Source: a virus
Taxonomy: Duplodnaviria; Heunggongvirae; Uroviricota; Caudoviricetes
IMG/VR virus record: IMGVR_UViG_2563366820_000006
Location: 1 to 38,853 of that record
DNA length: 38,853 nucleotides
Direction: 5' to 3' (one strand)
The notes beneath the pieces were generated by a model. It did no database searches. It saw only the letters and a list, made by a program, of their open reading frames with translations, and was not told the origin of the DNA. Of this stretch, positions 1 through 9,670 are shown piece by piece. A program made the translations under genes and the position numbers. Position 1 is the stretch's first letter. Each line of letters opens with the position of its first letter.

Positions 1-483
1 ATGACGAAGAAAAAAGCACATAAACCTGGTTCAGCGACCATCGCGCTTAACAAGCGCGCCCGTCACGAATACTTTATCGAAGAAGAGTTCGAGGCGGGAC
101 TTGCCCTGCAAGGCTGGGAGGTTAAATCCCTGCGCGCAGGAAAAGCCAATATCAGCGACAGCTACGTCCTTCTGCGTGACGGAGAGGCATTTCTGTTTGG
201 CGCTAACATCACGCCAATGGCCGTGGCCTCCACGCATGTGGTGTGCGATCCTACCCGTACCCGCAAGTTACTTCTCAACCAGCGCGAACTGGACTCATTG
301 TACGGTCGCGTCAATCGAGAAGGCTATACCGTAGTGGCGCTCTCCCTGTACTGGAAAAATGCCTGGTGCAAAGTGAAAATCGGCGTCGCCAAAGGTAAGA
401 AACAGCATGATAAACGTTCAGATATCAAAGAACGCGAATGGCAGGTGGATAAAGCGCGTATCATGAAAAACGCCCACCGTTAA
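1..483 (+). CDS. smpB: SsrA-binding protein SmpB
   Basis: Complete 160-aa ORF recognisable as SmpB over its whole length, with the basic C-terminal tail; lies immediately upstream of tmRNA as in enterobacterial chromosomes. Confidence 0.95.
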
Positions 484-697
484 ACCTGCACTGCAATTAT
501 TGACCAGCTCCTCACCGCGCCTCCCTCTCCGGCGGCGCGAATGCACATCTTATTGGCTATCACATCCGACACAAATGTTGCCATCCCATTGCTTAATCGA
601 ATAAAAATCAGGCTACATGGGTGCTAAATCTTTAACGATAACGCCATTGAGGCTGGTCATGGCACTCATGAATCTGGTATACTTACCGTTACACATT

Positions 698-1060
698 GGG
701 GCTGATTCTGGATTCGACGGGATTTGCGAAACCCAAGGTGCATGCCGAGGGGCGGTTGGCCTCGTAAAAAGCCGCAAAAAATAGTCGCAAACGACGAAAA
801 CTACGCTTTAGCAGCTTAATAACCTGCTTAGAGCCCTCTCTCCCTAGCCTCCGCTCTTAGGACGGGGATCAAGAGAGGTCAAACCCAAAAGAGATCGCGT
901 GGAAGCCCTGCCTGGGGTTGAAGCGTTAAAACTTAATCAGGCTAGTTTGTTAGTGGCGTGTCCGTCCGCAGCTGGCAAGCGAATGTAAAGACTGACTAAG
1001 CATGTAGTACCGAGGATGTAGGAATTTCGGACGCGGGTTCAACTCCCGCCAGCTCCACCA
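698..1060 (+). ncRNA. ssrA: tmRNA (transfer-messenger RNA, SsrA), 363 nt
   Basis: 5' end GGGGCTGATTCTGGATTCGACGGG; internal tag-peptide reading frame region (GCAAACGACGAAAACTACGCTTTAGCAGCTTAA); 3' tRNA-like end GGTTCAACTCCCGCCAGCTCCACCA. Length and sequence match enterobacterial ssrA. Confidence 0.95.
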
Positions 1061-1188
1061 ATCATGATTGGACGGTGTAAGGACAACACCAACAAAAACA
1101 GGAAGTTAGCAGTCTCAGCAGGACACCGACCAGACGGTGAGGAGACAAAAAAGGATACGCAAAGGAGCCGCGGCTCTCAAGTGTGAAA

Positions 1189-1218
1189 GAAGCCCGCAAA
1201 TTGCGGGCTTTTTTATTG
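1189..1218 (+). terminator. Rho-independent terminator-like hairpin downstream of ssrA
   Basis: AGCCCGCAA-tt-TTGCGGGCT stem followed by TTTTTTATT. Confidence 0.6.
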
Positions 1219-1269
1219 ATCAGTCAACAATAAACAGTAACCGAATGAGAATTTAATAAGGATATTCAT

Positions 1270-1767
1270 ATGGAAGCTACTGTGGATTCGATTGATTTTC
1301 TGATCCGTAGTGAAGATGATTTTCTAAACTTTCTGGAAGAAATGAAAGCCCGAGAGGGGCTTGATTCTAAAGAGTTTATTTTCCCTAACGTAAAGTTTGC
1401 AGGCTGGCCATCCTTAGACATAAATGTTAAAGGAGAGCGGTATCATTCATCAATTACATCAGCAATGTTGTTTGGTATGTCAATGCTCAACGAGGAGATA
1501 CAGCGGGCGTTTGCAACCATACGATACGGATCGCAGAATCTTCAACGCTTGACTAATGAAGACAAGCAACGACTTGATATAAATTTTAAAATTAGCGAAG
1601 GTTCTAGTGATGCGGAAGGCACCACTGACAAGATCATCAACGCAGTAACTGATTTTTTGCGAGATACTATGTCTGGACTGAACGGCTGGCAGAAAATGCT
1701 TGTTATAATCACAATGGTTGGCGCGCCAGCACATGTGGTTATCACTACATTTCAGAAAATGCCGTAA
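1270..1767 (+). CDS. Hypothetical protein (AT-rich cargo; possibly the N-terminal part of a frameshifted longer gene)
   Basis: 165-aa ORF with AAGGA Shine-Dalgarno about 9 nt upstream of ATG; low GC relative to flanking chromosomal and phage structural genes; no domain recognised. Confidence 0.6.
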   Translation: MEATVDSIDFLIRSEDDFLNFLEEMKAREGLDSKEFIFPNVKFAGWPSLDINVKGERYHSSITSAMLFGMSMLNEEIQRAFATIRYGSQNLQRLTNEDKQRLDINFKISEGSSDAEGTTDKIINAVTDFLRDTMSGLNGWQKMLVIITMVGAPAHVVITTFQKMP

Positions 1768-1925
1768 CAGAAAGACATGCAACTGATCGGCAGGTTGAAA
1801 TTGCGAAAACCACATCCGATGGCATAAACAAAGCCATAGAAGCAACATTAGATTATAAAATCTATGGGAAATCAGCGATTAGCGATAAAGTTACTAGTCA
1901 CGGACAAGCAGGTAAAAGTGCTTTA

Positions 1926-2300
1926 GTGAAGCAATTAGCTGCTGATCCTACTGTCGAAACCGTGACTTTAGGAAATGAGAAACTAACACGACAAGACCTA
2001 AATACCTACAACAGCCGACAATCTGTAGATAGAGAACGTAAAGAACGAACTGATATATTTTCCATCAAAGGTGTAACCAGAACAGGGCCAACAAATCAGG
2101 ATATTAATATTAACGTTGTTAGGGTCTCTAATGACGAATGCTTCACAATCAAAGCTTCAGCTGATGTTATCACCCAAGATGAGTTGACAGCTATTGTTGA
2201 CGCTTTGTCAAACAACTCTCATATTAAAATCAGTTACTTAGAGGTAATTGAAAAGGGTGCTGTTTCTATAGGTCAGTTCAACACTATTGTTTCAGAATAA
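1926..2300 (+). CDS. Hypothetical protein (frame is open upstream to about 1653 with no ATG; may be the C-terminal part of the 1270..1767 gene via a -1 shift)
   Basis: 124-aa ORF as tracked starts at GTG; the same frame runs stop-free and protein-like from 1653, overlapping the previous ORF by about 110 nt. Confidence 0.5.
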   Translation: MKQLAADPTVETVTLGNEKLTRQDLNTYNSRQSVDRERKERTDIFSIKGVTRTGPTNQDININVVRVSNDECFTIKASADVITQDELTAIVDALSNNSHIKISYLEVIEKGAVSIGQFNTIVSE

Positions 2301-2351
2301 TCACTTAACCCCATTTATGTAGGTTGAGGTTATAAGTCACGGAGACCAGAT

Positions 2352-2696
2352 ATGTCCTTAAAGTATGCACATGAAAAATTTCATACTGCAGTACTTACTC
2401 TTGCGGGCCATGGAAGTATTCAAGAACGCTTGATTAATTCGTATGTTTTTAGCCTTGGGCATCTTAAAACAGCCGATGATATTCCAAATGCCTTACAAAG
2501 CAGGTTCGATGAATTATGTAAGGAACTGACTAAGTTTGATGCCACTGGCGATGAGGGGCGAGTTCAAGCAACAGTATCAAAACTTAACGATTTCGAGATC
2601 AATAAACTGATCGAAGATATTGTCAGTCTTAACGAAGATATTTGCATGAAATTGGCTCTGACGGATGAGACTTACCAAGACATACACCAAAGTTAA
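2352..2696 (+). CDS. Hypothetical protein
   Basis: 114-aa ORF with GGAG Shine-Dalgarno 8 nt upstream; AT-rich; followed by a terminator. Confidence 0.6.
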   Translation: MSLKYAHEKFHTAVLTLAGHGSIQERLINSYVFSLGHLKTADDIPNALQSRFDELCKELTKFDATGDEGRVQATVSKLNDFEINKLIEDIVSLNEDICMKLALTDETYQDIHQS

Positions 2697-2723
2697 TTGA
2701 TTAAATTCAAAAAGTTAACGTTC

Positions 2724-2752
2724 AACCAGCCAGTTTTTGGCTGGTTTATTGT
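2724..2752 (+). terminator. Rho-independent terminator
   Basis: CCAGCC-agttttt-GGCTGG hairpin followed by TTTATTGTCTTAT. Confidence 0.6.
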
Positions 2753-2780
2753 CTTATAATATTCTTGCTCGAATGATGCA

Positions 2781-2993
2781 CTATTTATGATGTAATCCGG
2801 ACATCAGTTCATGGACAAGATTATCTCTTTCATTGTGTTGCAACCGTAAATGCATAGCAAAAAGGTGAGCACTATCCTCATTCCTCTTCAAGCCATGCTG
2901 TTCAAGATACCCGAAAAAACGGCTTCTCTTATCCGCTATTTCCTGAGTCTGACGTGCAACATTTACCAAATTTTCTAGCGTTTTTCTTGGCAT
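2781..2993 (-). CDS. Hypothetical small protein downstream of the invertase
   Basis: 70-aa ORF preceded by a near-consensus AGGAGG Shine-Dalgarno 8 nt upstream of ATG; function not recognised. Confidence 0.55.
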   Translation of the reverse strand: MPRKTLENLVNVARQTQEIADKRSRFFGYLEQHGLKRNEDSAHLFAMHLRLQHNERDNLVHELMSGLHHK

Positions 2994-3191
2994 ACTATTT
3001 CCTCCTGAAATTGTTGTAATTCACTAGGATATTCATTTTAATTTGTATCATTTAGTACCAAAACCGCTATCAATTAACAAAGCCATCGTTGTGGTTTACC
3101 TTGCAGCCGTTTTTTGTCATTGACTCTATGTGAAAATAATGAATCATCATGAGATTGGCTCACACGTTCTTGAATTCGACGAGCTGTGTCT

Positions 3192-3746
3192 TTATTTATC
3201 TCCTGCCGGAAACCTCTGATACAAAGTCGATACGCCAACATCATAGATAATCGCAACTTTCTGGCGCGGAACTCCTGATGCAATTAATCGTCCGGCTTGT
3301 GCCCATTGTTCTGGTGTAAGTTTGGGACGACGTCCACCAATTCGTCCCTGTGCGCGAGCAGCTTCCAGTCCAGCTTTTGTTCGTTCAACAATCAGTTCTC
3401 GTTCCATTTCAGCCAGGGCCCCCATCACATGAAAGAAAAAGCGCCCCATTGGGGTACTGGTATCAATTGAATCCGTCAGACTACGAAAGTTGATGCCTCG
3501 TTCGCGCAACTCCTCCACCAGCACGACAAGATGCCGCATACTGCGCCCCAGCCGGTCCAGTTTCCAGACCACCAGCGTGTCACCTGCCGATAATGTCCTG
3601 AGCAGTTTTTTCAGTCCCGGCCTTTCGGACTTTGTACCGCTTATCTTGTCTTCAAAAATCAGCTCGCATCCTGCACAGTTCAGCGCATTACGTTGTAGAT
3701 CTGTGTTCTGGTCATTTGTTGATACGCGTACATAGCCAATAAGCAT
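3192..3746 (-). CDS. Site-specific DNA invertase, serine recombinase (Hin/Gin/Cin/Pin family)
   Basis: 184 aa starting MLIGYVRVSTNDQ (catalytic Ser region), resolvase core and C-terminal HTH; GGGGGA Shine-Dalgarno before the ATG at 3746; adjacent to tail-fibre cassettes. Confidence 0.92.
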   Translation of the reverse strand: MLIGYVRVSTNDQNTDLQRNALNCAGCELIFEDKISGTKSERPGLKKLLRTLSAGDTLVVWKLDRLGRSMRHLVVLVEELRERGINFRSLTDSIDTSTPMGRFFFHVMGALAEMERELIVERTKAGLEAARAQGRIGGRRPKLTPEQWAQAGRLIASGVPRQKVAIIYDVGVSTLYQRFPAGDK

Positions 3747-3789
3747 GGTAGATCCCCCTGACAAAAGCAGGAATGATGCCATTTGCTCG

Positions 3790-4146
3790 TTATTTCTGCA
3801 TTTTCATAAACGTTCTGTAAGCAGAATTAAAGCCGGTTAACGTTGGGCCTTCTGCAGTCATCACGAACCCTCGCCCAGCGCCTAAAGGCGCACCGCCATC
3901 ACCAGAATGAGTAAGCATGGCGCAGTCCGCTTTTTTGGGGAAAGGGATGCTAAATGTAATTCTCATTGTTTGCGTCGATAATGTCGGCGTAACCGCACCA
4001 CGACCATATTGCAGGATTTTCCCGTTGGGTAATTTCATCCATCCATCACCACTGGCAAAAGAGGCCATGTCCGGTATCTGATTTTCCCCTGTCCCTACAT
4101 CCCGTTTTGCCGCTTCTCCCAAACCAACGTCATCAACCAGCGACAC
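3790..4146 (-). pseudogene. Promoterless tail-fibre C-terminal variable cassette (S'v-like), lacking an N-terminal constant region
   Basis: 118-aa frame beginning ..VDDVGLGEAAKRDVGTGENQIPDM.., a motif typical of tail-fibre variable domains; in-frame stop a few codons upstream; overlaps a crossover-site-like sequence. Confidence 0.55.
4113..4139. repeat. Invertase crossover-site-like sequence (good left half-site only): cTTCTCCCAAACCAA
   Basis: 15 nt identical to the left half of the site at 5692..5717; matches the left half of the Hin/Gin-type consensus; the right half is degenerate. Confidence 0.5.
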
Positions 4147-4206
4147 GGTATCGATGAATTACAGTTGGTGGGCTGTTGGTGAGTAATTTTATTCAGGGTG
4201 ATTTAT

Positions 4207-4650
4207 ATGAACGAATATGTTTATAGCGCAAGGCATAATGCTTTTTTCCCTGTGGATATGATTGATAAATATAAATCAGAGGGATGGGATTTATCAGACG
4301 CTAAGGAAGTAAATCAAAATATTATCAGTGAGTTTATGGCTGAACTGCCACAAGGAAAAATCCGTATTGCCGGAGATGATGGGCTGCCTGCGTGGGCAGA
4401 GATTCCTCCACCCACGCATGAAGAACTTATTGAAATTACTGAATCAGAAAGACAGCTACTAATTAACCAAGCCAACGAATACATGAACAGTAAGCAATGG
4501 CCCGGTAAAGCCGCTATTGGTCGTCTGAAAGATGATGAACTGGCGCAATATAATTTGTGGCTGGATTATCTGGACGCACTGGAACTGGTTGATTCCTCCA
4601 GTGCGCCAGATATTGAATGGCCTGCGCCTCCGGCAGTTCAGGCCAGATGA
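4207..4650 (+). CDS. Tail fibre assembly protein (alternate, opposite-strand cassette)
   Basis: C-terminus LDYLDALELVDSSSAPDIEWPAPP is the conserved Tfa C-terminal motif; convergent and overlapping with the other tfa gene. Confidence 0.7.
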   Translation: MNEYVYSARHNAFFPVDMIDKYKSEGWDLSDAKEVNQNIISEFMAELPQGKIRIAGDDGLPAWAEIPPPTHEELIEITESERQLLINQANEYMNSKQWPGKAAIGRLKDDELAQYNLWLDYLDALELVDSSSAPDIEWPAPPAVQAR

Positions 4651-5224
4651 CATCCGGCGCGGTGCTGGTATCTGTTGCCGTCACCGCGTCAATGTAATCC
4701 AGCACAGCGTTAAGTCTGGTTGTTTCTGCCTGCGTCAGTTTACGTCCGGCCTGCAATTTCAGTTGAATCAGACTGATGGAAGCCATTGCTGCATCAATCA
4801 GTGACTGGCGCTGTGCTTCTGCCGCTTCTACTGCGGCACCGTGTTGTGCCTCAGTATCTGTCAACCATTTTTCACCATCCCATTTATCGTATGGCGTTAA
4901 CGGGGCGATAGTGGTTGTATTTTCGGGATAGTCGCCTAGTGCTGTGATTTCTTTGGCATCTCCCGTTTCGGTGTTATAGACGATTTCACCGCGATGGTCT
5001 GACACATATTCCCATGATTTTAAATCCACAGAACGGCAAATTGTATAACCAGCCTTAGATGTACCAGGAGCGTCTAAACAGGAATATGCTGGAATACCGA
5101 CACCCACTGCAAGATATTCAGTTGATGCAGAAATATATTCCCGCGTCTCACCATCATAGTTATAGACGGTAATATTCCCCGCCTTCGTGGTAATAAGCTC
5201 GCTATTTAATACGGCGTTATCCAT
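4514..5224 (-). CDS. Tail fibre assembly protein (Tfa)
   Basis: 236 aa with the conserved Tfa motif ..DYIDAVTATDTSTAPDVIWPELP; start codon overlaps the stop of the upstream tail-fibre gene. Confidence 0.8.
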   Translation of the reverse strand: MDNAVLNSELITTKAGNITVYNYDGETREYISASTEYLAVGVGIPAYSCLDAPGTSKAGYTICRSVDLKSWEYVSDHRGEIVYNTETGDAKEITALGDYPENTTTIAPLTPYDKWDGEKWLTDTEAQHGAAVEAAEAQRQSLIDAAMASISLIQLKLQAGRKLTQAETTRLNAVLDYIDAVTATDTSTAPDVIWPELPEAQAIQYLAHWRNQPVPVRPDNPATNYIAPVHHLSDDQ

Positions 5225-5994
5225 TATGCAGCCCTCACGATATAGTTAAATGCAATATTTCGTGGACGGGTTTCACTCCCGCCAGTATTACCGATACTCC
5301 CTCGTGAATGAAGTGTCGGTGATGGGATCAGACTCCCTCCGGCAGCGGCAGCATCAAGCCCCCTGCCTTGCGTATATGCTCTTCTGAAGATTGTCGCCAG
5401 TTCCCATTCCTCTTTTGAGTCATACCCATCGTTGGCGACAACAGGATGACGGTGCTTTTCCAGCATTCCGGCCTGAATACTCAATAAAACACGTCCTGCA
5501 TCAATACCGCGCCCGTCATCCCAGCCACGAATAAACTCACCGCGTAAATCAGGTAATTTATTTGTTGGATAAGCCTTTGCCAGTTCCGGGTATTCTTCAG
5601 CAGAAAATGCCGCACCGTTGCATTTCAGCCAGCCTGTTGGCGGTGTGGCTGAAGGCCATGGAACAGGCACACCAACAGGTAATGCAGAGCCTTCTCCCAA
5701 ACCAAGGTTTTCGAGAGCCGTTTTCACCGTGCCGTCCGATTTGATATCACCAAACGGATTCTTGCGGCTTAACAGCAACGCACGAAGTGCGGTAAGTAAC
5801 TGGTCGTGCCGCCCCTTCTCCAGGCTGGCACCGGATGCCTCCACCACGATGCAAAGTTCCTCCTGCAACATGTCAAAGTAGTCATCATCCAGATCGGTGG
5901 CAGGAGTGCCGGTCTGGGGGTTACCACGGGTAAAACCGTTCTTACCCGCGCCGAACTTATCCTTCTGCGCGGTTTTCGTGTCTATACGATGCAT
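5224..5994 (-). CDS. Tail fibre protein with C-terminal tail-collar domain
   Basis: N-terminus [26 protein letters not shown] typical of Mu/e14-type tail fibres; collar motif [22 protein letters not shown]; crossover site embedded at codons about 93 to 101 ([10 protein letters not shown]). Confidence 0.85.
   Translation of the reverse strand: MHRIDTKTAQKDKFGAGKNGFTRGNPQTGTPATDLDDDYFDMLQEELCIVVEASGASLEKGRHDQLLTALRALLLSRKNPFGDIKSDGTVKTALENLGLGEGSALPVGVPVPWPSATPPTGWLKCNGAAFSAEEYPELAKAYPTNKLPDLRGEFIRGWDDGRGIDAGRVLLSIQAGMLEKHRHPVVANDGYDSKEEWELATIFRRAYTQGRGLDAAAAGGSLIPSPTLHSRGSIGNTGGSETRPRNIAFNYIVRAA
5692..5717. repeat. 26-bp invertase crossover site (gix/hix/pix-like): TTCTCCCAAACC-AA-GGTTTTCGAGAG
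   Basis: Imperfect palindrome with AAACC/GGTTT arms and central AA, matching the Hin/Gin-family recombination-site consensus; lies inside the tail-fibre gene at the constant/variable junction. Confidence 0.7.
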
Positions 5995-5997
5995 GGA

Positions 5998-6582
5998 TTA
6001 CTCCGGATATTTAAAAATTACGTAGGTATGCGACGGGCAGAGTTTATTAAGCACACACTCGACAACGGTGTCGCCCCAGATACGCAGTGCGGAATCACAG
6101 GGATCGCCACATGTCATCCAGGTGGTGTTGGTGGTGGCTGGCATGTTGACCTGCCAGTAATACCGCCATTCCGGCGCATTCACCGCGTCAGTACAGGCCG
6201 ATGAGCAGGTGAACGTGCTTTTGTCGTATCGCGTGATGTTGGCATCTGGTCTGCCCAGGGCAGCAAGCTGTGCAAGATAAAAATTCTCGTTGATGCCGCC
6301 CGCCAGGTTAACCTTCGCATCCAGCCGTTGCTGACGCTGGCGAAGGGTCTGTGTCCCTGCGGGAATACATTCATCCGGCAGACCGCACAGACGCTCCCAG
6401 CGGTTTATCAGTTCAGTGGTGGTGCGCGGATCCAGCTCCCGCATCAGGGCATCCGCACGCTGATGAACGCGGGTTAATGAAGGTGCCGCACCGGCAATCG
6501 CCGGATCGCTGGCTGACCACGCCGGACCGGGCGGCAGCAGTGCCGACAACAGACGGATGTAATCATCGTTTGTCACGTCCAT
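5998..6582 (-). CDS. Phage tail protein (Mu gp48-like / e14 YmfQ-like, DUF2313 family)
   Basis: 194 aa, positioned between the baseplate J gene and the tail fibre as in Mu-like and e14 tail modules. Confidence 0.65.
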   Translation of the reverse strand: MDVTNDDYIRLLSALLPPGPAWSASDPAIAGAAPSLTRVHQRADALMRELDPRTTTELINRWERLCGLPDECIPAGTQTLRQRQQRLDAKVNLAGGINENFYLAQLAALGRPDANITRYDKSTFTCSSACTDAVNAPEWRYYWQVNMPATTNTTWMTCGDPCDSALRIWGDTVVECVLNKLCPSHTYVIFKYPE

Positions 6583-7631
6583 GAAATCGTCCCCAGAACC
6601 GCCAGTTCATTTTTTGCAATGGAGATATTGTCCGCCGGTGCAAGCAACTGATGGCTGTATTCCCCGTTCGCACCGGAAATCGCCTCACTGATACGCGATA
6701 CCTTCAGTTCTCCCTGCGGATAACCATCACGCAGCAGGAACGAACGCAACTCCGCGGTAATGGCAGCCCGTATTTCTGGTGTGTCCGGCGTCACGCGGAT
6801 ATGAAAATCCACCGTATGTGCCACCGGCCTGAATACATACAAATCAGAGCCTGCCACCGGGGCCAGTGGCCCGATATGTTGTCTTGCTGCCGTTTCCGTT
6901 GATTCTTCCGGAATGGGATTAATCAGGTCACTGCTGGCAATCATCACACCGACAGTTCCCGTTCCCATCCAGTGACGGTATGTCCATGCGCGGGTAATGC
7001 CGGGCACTTCTTTAGCCCAGACGACATAGTCCCCGTCAGCCCCGCCCTGAGGCGTCCAGTAATACCGCTCAATGACGCGGGCGCGCCACGTTTCCAGCTC
7101 TTCAGTATCAAATCCGCCTGTCAGGGTATCTGCCACGCCGGAAGACGGCAGACCATTCACCGGCGTGACCAGGATTAATGCCGTACCGTCGTCAGCGTTA
7201 CCGACCGCGCCTGCATTTGAGCAGGCGATCGGCACGCGCAGGACACCACCGGAGCTGGTTGCATCGGCAGTTGCAGTATACTGAACCAGGTCATCGCGCT
7301 GAATAACACTCCCGGCGGTCACCTTCAGGCCATCGCTGACACCTTCCCAGCGCATATACCCGCTGGCAGCCGTGGCCCCCTTGCGCGGACACCGTTTCAT
7401 CGCAGCATGTCGCGCCAGCCAGGACTCATCGCACAGGTCAGGCAGCATGTTCATTGCCAGATAATCGATGTATCCGTAAACCGTATGCAGCGCCGCCGCA
7501 TACACCTTTGCCCGCACGTCTTCATCCATGCGCCGGAGCGTGTCGCTGACGTCCAGCCTGGCGAATAAATCGTTACGGAGCATACTGATATTTTCTGCCA
7601 GCGTCGGGCGCTGAAATTCACTGTCCGCCAT
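6573..7631 (-). CDS. Baseplate J-like protein (Mu gp47 family)
   Basis: 352 aa; baseplate_J-like sequence features; synteny. Confidence 0.8.
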   Translation of the reverse strand: MADSEFQRPTLAENISMLRNDLFARLDVSDTLRRMDEDVRAKVYAAALHTVYGYIDYLAMNMLPDLCDESWLARHAAMKRCPRKGATAASGYMRWEGVSDGLKVTAGSVIQRDDLVQYTATADATSSGGVLRVPIACSNAGAVGNADDGTALILVTPVNGLPSSGVADTLTGGFDTEELETWRARVIERYYWTPQGGADGDYVVWAKEVPGITRAWTYRHWMGTGTVGVMIASSDLINPIPEESTETAARQHIGPLAPVAGSDLYVFRPVAHTVDFHIRVTPDTPEIRAAITAELRSFLLRDGYPQGELKVSRISEAISGANGEYSHQLLAPADNISIAKNELAVLGTISWT

Positions 7632-8046
7632 GCGTTATCGCACTCCACAGATCATCAAAAGAAATCATTACCGGTCCGTCACGACGCCAGAGGGTGATAC
7701 TGTTACCCAGTTCATTAATCCCGGGGCGGCGGATATCCAGATCAATACGGGACACCACGCCGTCATCAATCATCCATTGCAGGCATTCGCGGATATACCC
7801 CCTTACCGTCTGCACCAGCTGATTGGTCAGTTTGCAGCGCTGAAGCAGCCACAGTCGGGAGCCGTAACGGTCATTCTGTACCGCAGGCCAGGTATCCCCC
7901 CACCATCCCATCGGGACGTCGGCGTTGTCATCAGGCTCCGCCCGCCGCCAGGTAAACAGGGAAATCACCACGGCGCGGGTCAGCGGATCCAGCGGTGCGC
8001 TGGCACAGGTGCGTTTACCGTTCACCGTCAGCCACAGTTCCATCAT
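7618..8046 (-). CDS. Phage GP46-family baseplate protein
   Basis: 142 aa; synteny between the gpV-like and gpJ-like genes. Confidence 0.75.
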   Translation of the reverse strand: MMELWLTVNGKRTCASAPLDPLTRAVVISLFTWRRAEPDDNADVPMGWWGDTWPAVQNDRYGSRLWLLQRCKLTNQLVQTVRGYIRECLQWMIDDGVVSRIDLDIRRPGINELGNSITLWRRDGPVMISFDDLWSAITHGGQ

Positions 8047-8591
8047 GCCTCCATCGCTTTATCAGGTTTGTCGGTGTTACTGCCCTGACCGTTCTCTCTG
8101 TGACGATGCCCGTTATAGGCAAGCCGCATCGCTGACATGGTGGTGCCGCCGGAGTCGCACAGGTCTTTCACCTGTCCTGTCACTTCCAGGTCCATTTCAA
8201 AACGTGCTTCAGGTGCATTGCGAAACGTGATCGTTTTACCTGCACCGTCCACCACGATCCCCTCCCGGGTCAGCGTCACGGACTGCCCCTGATCGTCATA
8301 GACAGCCACCTCACCCGTCTGCAGCCCTTTCAGGCGGTAACGCCGGTCCGACACCGTAACAACCACCGCATGAGAACGGTCACCATCCGGAAACAACACC
8401 ACCGCTTCCGCACCGCTGTTTGCCCTTGCGGTAAAACCGTAGGGTTCAAGATGTTCAACCCCGGCTTTGGGTTCACCGGCAATCAGGGACACATCCACGG
8501 TCTGACATTTCGTGGCGGCACTGATGCTTTTCACCACCGCCCGCCCAATCAGGCCGAGGAGTTGTCGCTGTATGGTTTCAATCGCCTTCAT
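8043..8591 (-). CDS. Baseplate assembly protein V-like (Mu gp45 family)
   Basis: 182 aa; OB-fold spike-like N-terminal region; synteny. Confidence 0.75.
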   Translation of the reverse strand: MKAIETIQRQLLGLIGRAVVKSISAATKCQTVDVSLIAGEPKAGVEHLEPYGFTARANSGAEAVVLFPDGDRSHAVVVTVSDRRYRLKGLQTGEVAVYDDQGQSVTLTREGIVVDGAGKTITFRNAPEARFEMDLEVTGQVKDLCDSGGTTMSAMRLAYNGHRHRENGQGSNTDKPDKAMEA

Positions 8592-9670
8592 CAGAACGGG
8601 TCCTCCTGTACTCTGGCTTTTTTCTTTTTCCGCGCGCCGGGGGCTTCGGGTTCAGGCAGATAAGCATCAGGTGGGCCGACACGGATTTCCGTCAGGGTGC
8701 CATTCTGGTCCTGAGTAAACGTGACTTCCGAGACAAGCAGTTCGGTATTGTCGAAACCACAGACCGGATCGAAGACAATCACCCGCTGGTTGGGCTGCCA
8801 CAGCGTACCGTTACCCTGTCGCCAGCCCTGCACCACATAGGTGGTTTCATCCGTCCGCGCCGCCCGTTGTCGGGCTTCAAAGTCAGCACGCGCAATACAG
8901 CCTGCCCCCGTAGCCTGCCCTGTCTGCCTGATATACATCGGACGATAACGGGCAATAAATGCATCCTCTGTGCGGGCCCGCAGCGCGGTGGTGGTGGCCT
9001 CACCGAAATCATCGTCGTTTCCGGCACGCTGCCCCGCCACCTGGTAAACTGAAAACCGCTCCCGGATACTCTTCTCCGTATCACAGGAAAGGATGTTTTC
9101 CCCAAGTACCAGCGCGGTATGTGCCCGCGTTGAGCCAATACCACCAATCACCAGCCTGCCGTGCGGGTCGTCATAAGCCAGCGCCTGCTGCTGACCGAGT
9201 ATTTTGTTGATCACCTCGATCACCGTTTCACCGTGATCAGGCTGGACATCCGGAATAACACCCGACGGCGCATTGCTGTTCACCACCTCAATGCCGAAAG
9301 GCGCAGCAAGCGCCTGCGCAATCTGTACCAGCGATCGTCCGTTAAACTGTGTCGGTTCGGCTGCACAGTCAATCAGGTCAGCAGTCAGACTACGTCCGGC
9401 AATACCGGTGCTGACCGAACGGGCATCGTAACGAACGGGGGTCGCCTCCACCCAGCCGGTGATCACCAGCTCATCACCAATCAGCACTTCCACTTTTGAA
9501 CCATTTTTAATGCGCGGCTGAAGCGTGGTGATACCCTCATCACCCGGCCACTGGCGGGTGATCTCCACGCTGAAATCCCGCGCCAGCCGTTCAATACCGG
9601 CACCGATGCGCACCGATGTCCAGCCATTCCACTCCCGGCCATTTACCCGTAGCGTGACATTGTCGTTCAT
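8591..9670 (-). CDS. Baseplate hub / tail protein (Mu gp44, gpD-like)
   Basis: 359 aa; position after the DNA-circulation gene in the Mu-like order. Confidence 0.7.
   Translation of the reverse strand: MNDNVTLRVNGREWNGWTSVRIGAGIERLARDFSVEITRQWPGDEGITTLQPRIKNGSKVEVLIGDELVITGWVEATPVRYDARSVSTGIAGRSLTADLIDCAAEPTQFNGRSLVQIAQALAAPFGIEVVNSNAPSGVIPDVQPDHGETVIEVINKILGQQQALAYDDPHGRLVIGGIGSTRAHTALVLGENILSCDTEKSIRERFSVYQVAGQRAGNDDDFGEATTTALRARTEDAFIARYRPMYIRQTGQATGAGCIARADFEARQRAARTDETTYVVQGWRQGNGTLWQPNQRVIVFDPVCGFDNTELLVSEVTFTQDQNGTLTEIRVGPPDAYLPEPEAPGARKKKKARVQEDPF

Noticed and set aside
101-334. ORFs overlapping smpB in other frames (101..334 plus strand, 31..237 minus strand)
   Set aside because: Embedded within the well-supported smpB reading frame; typical spurious alternative-frame ORFs.
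3074-3283. 69-aa minus-strand ORF overlapping the 3' end of the invertase gene
   Set aside because: Overlaps the invertase C-terminal HTH coding region in another frame; no independent support.
4140-4700. An inverted-orientation copy of the invertase crossover site that would define a classical invertible segment
   Set aside because: Searched for GGTTTGGGAGAA and related AAACC/GGTTT palindromes between the invertase and the tfa genes and found none; only the two direct-orientation copies are present.
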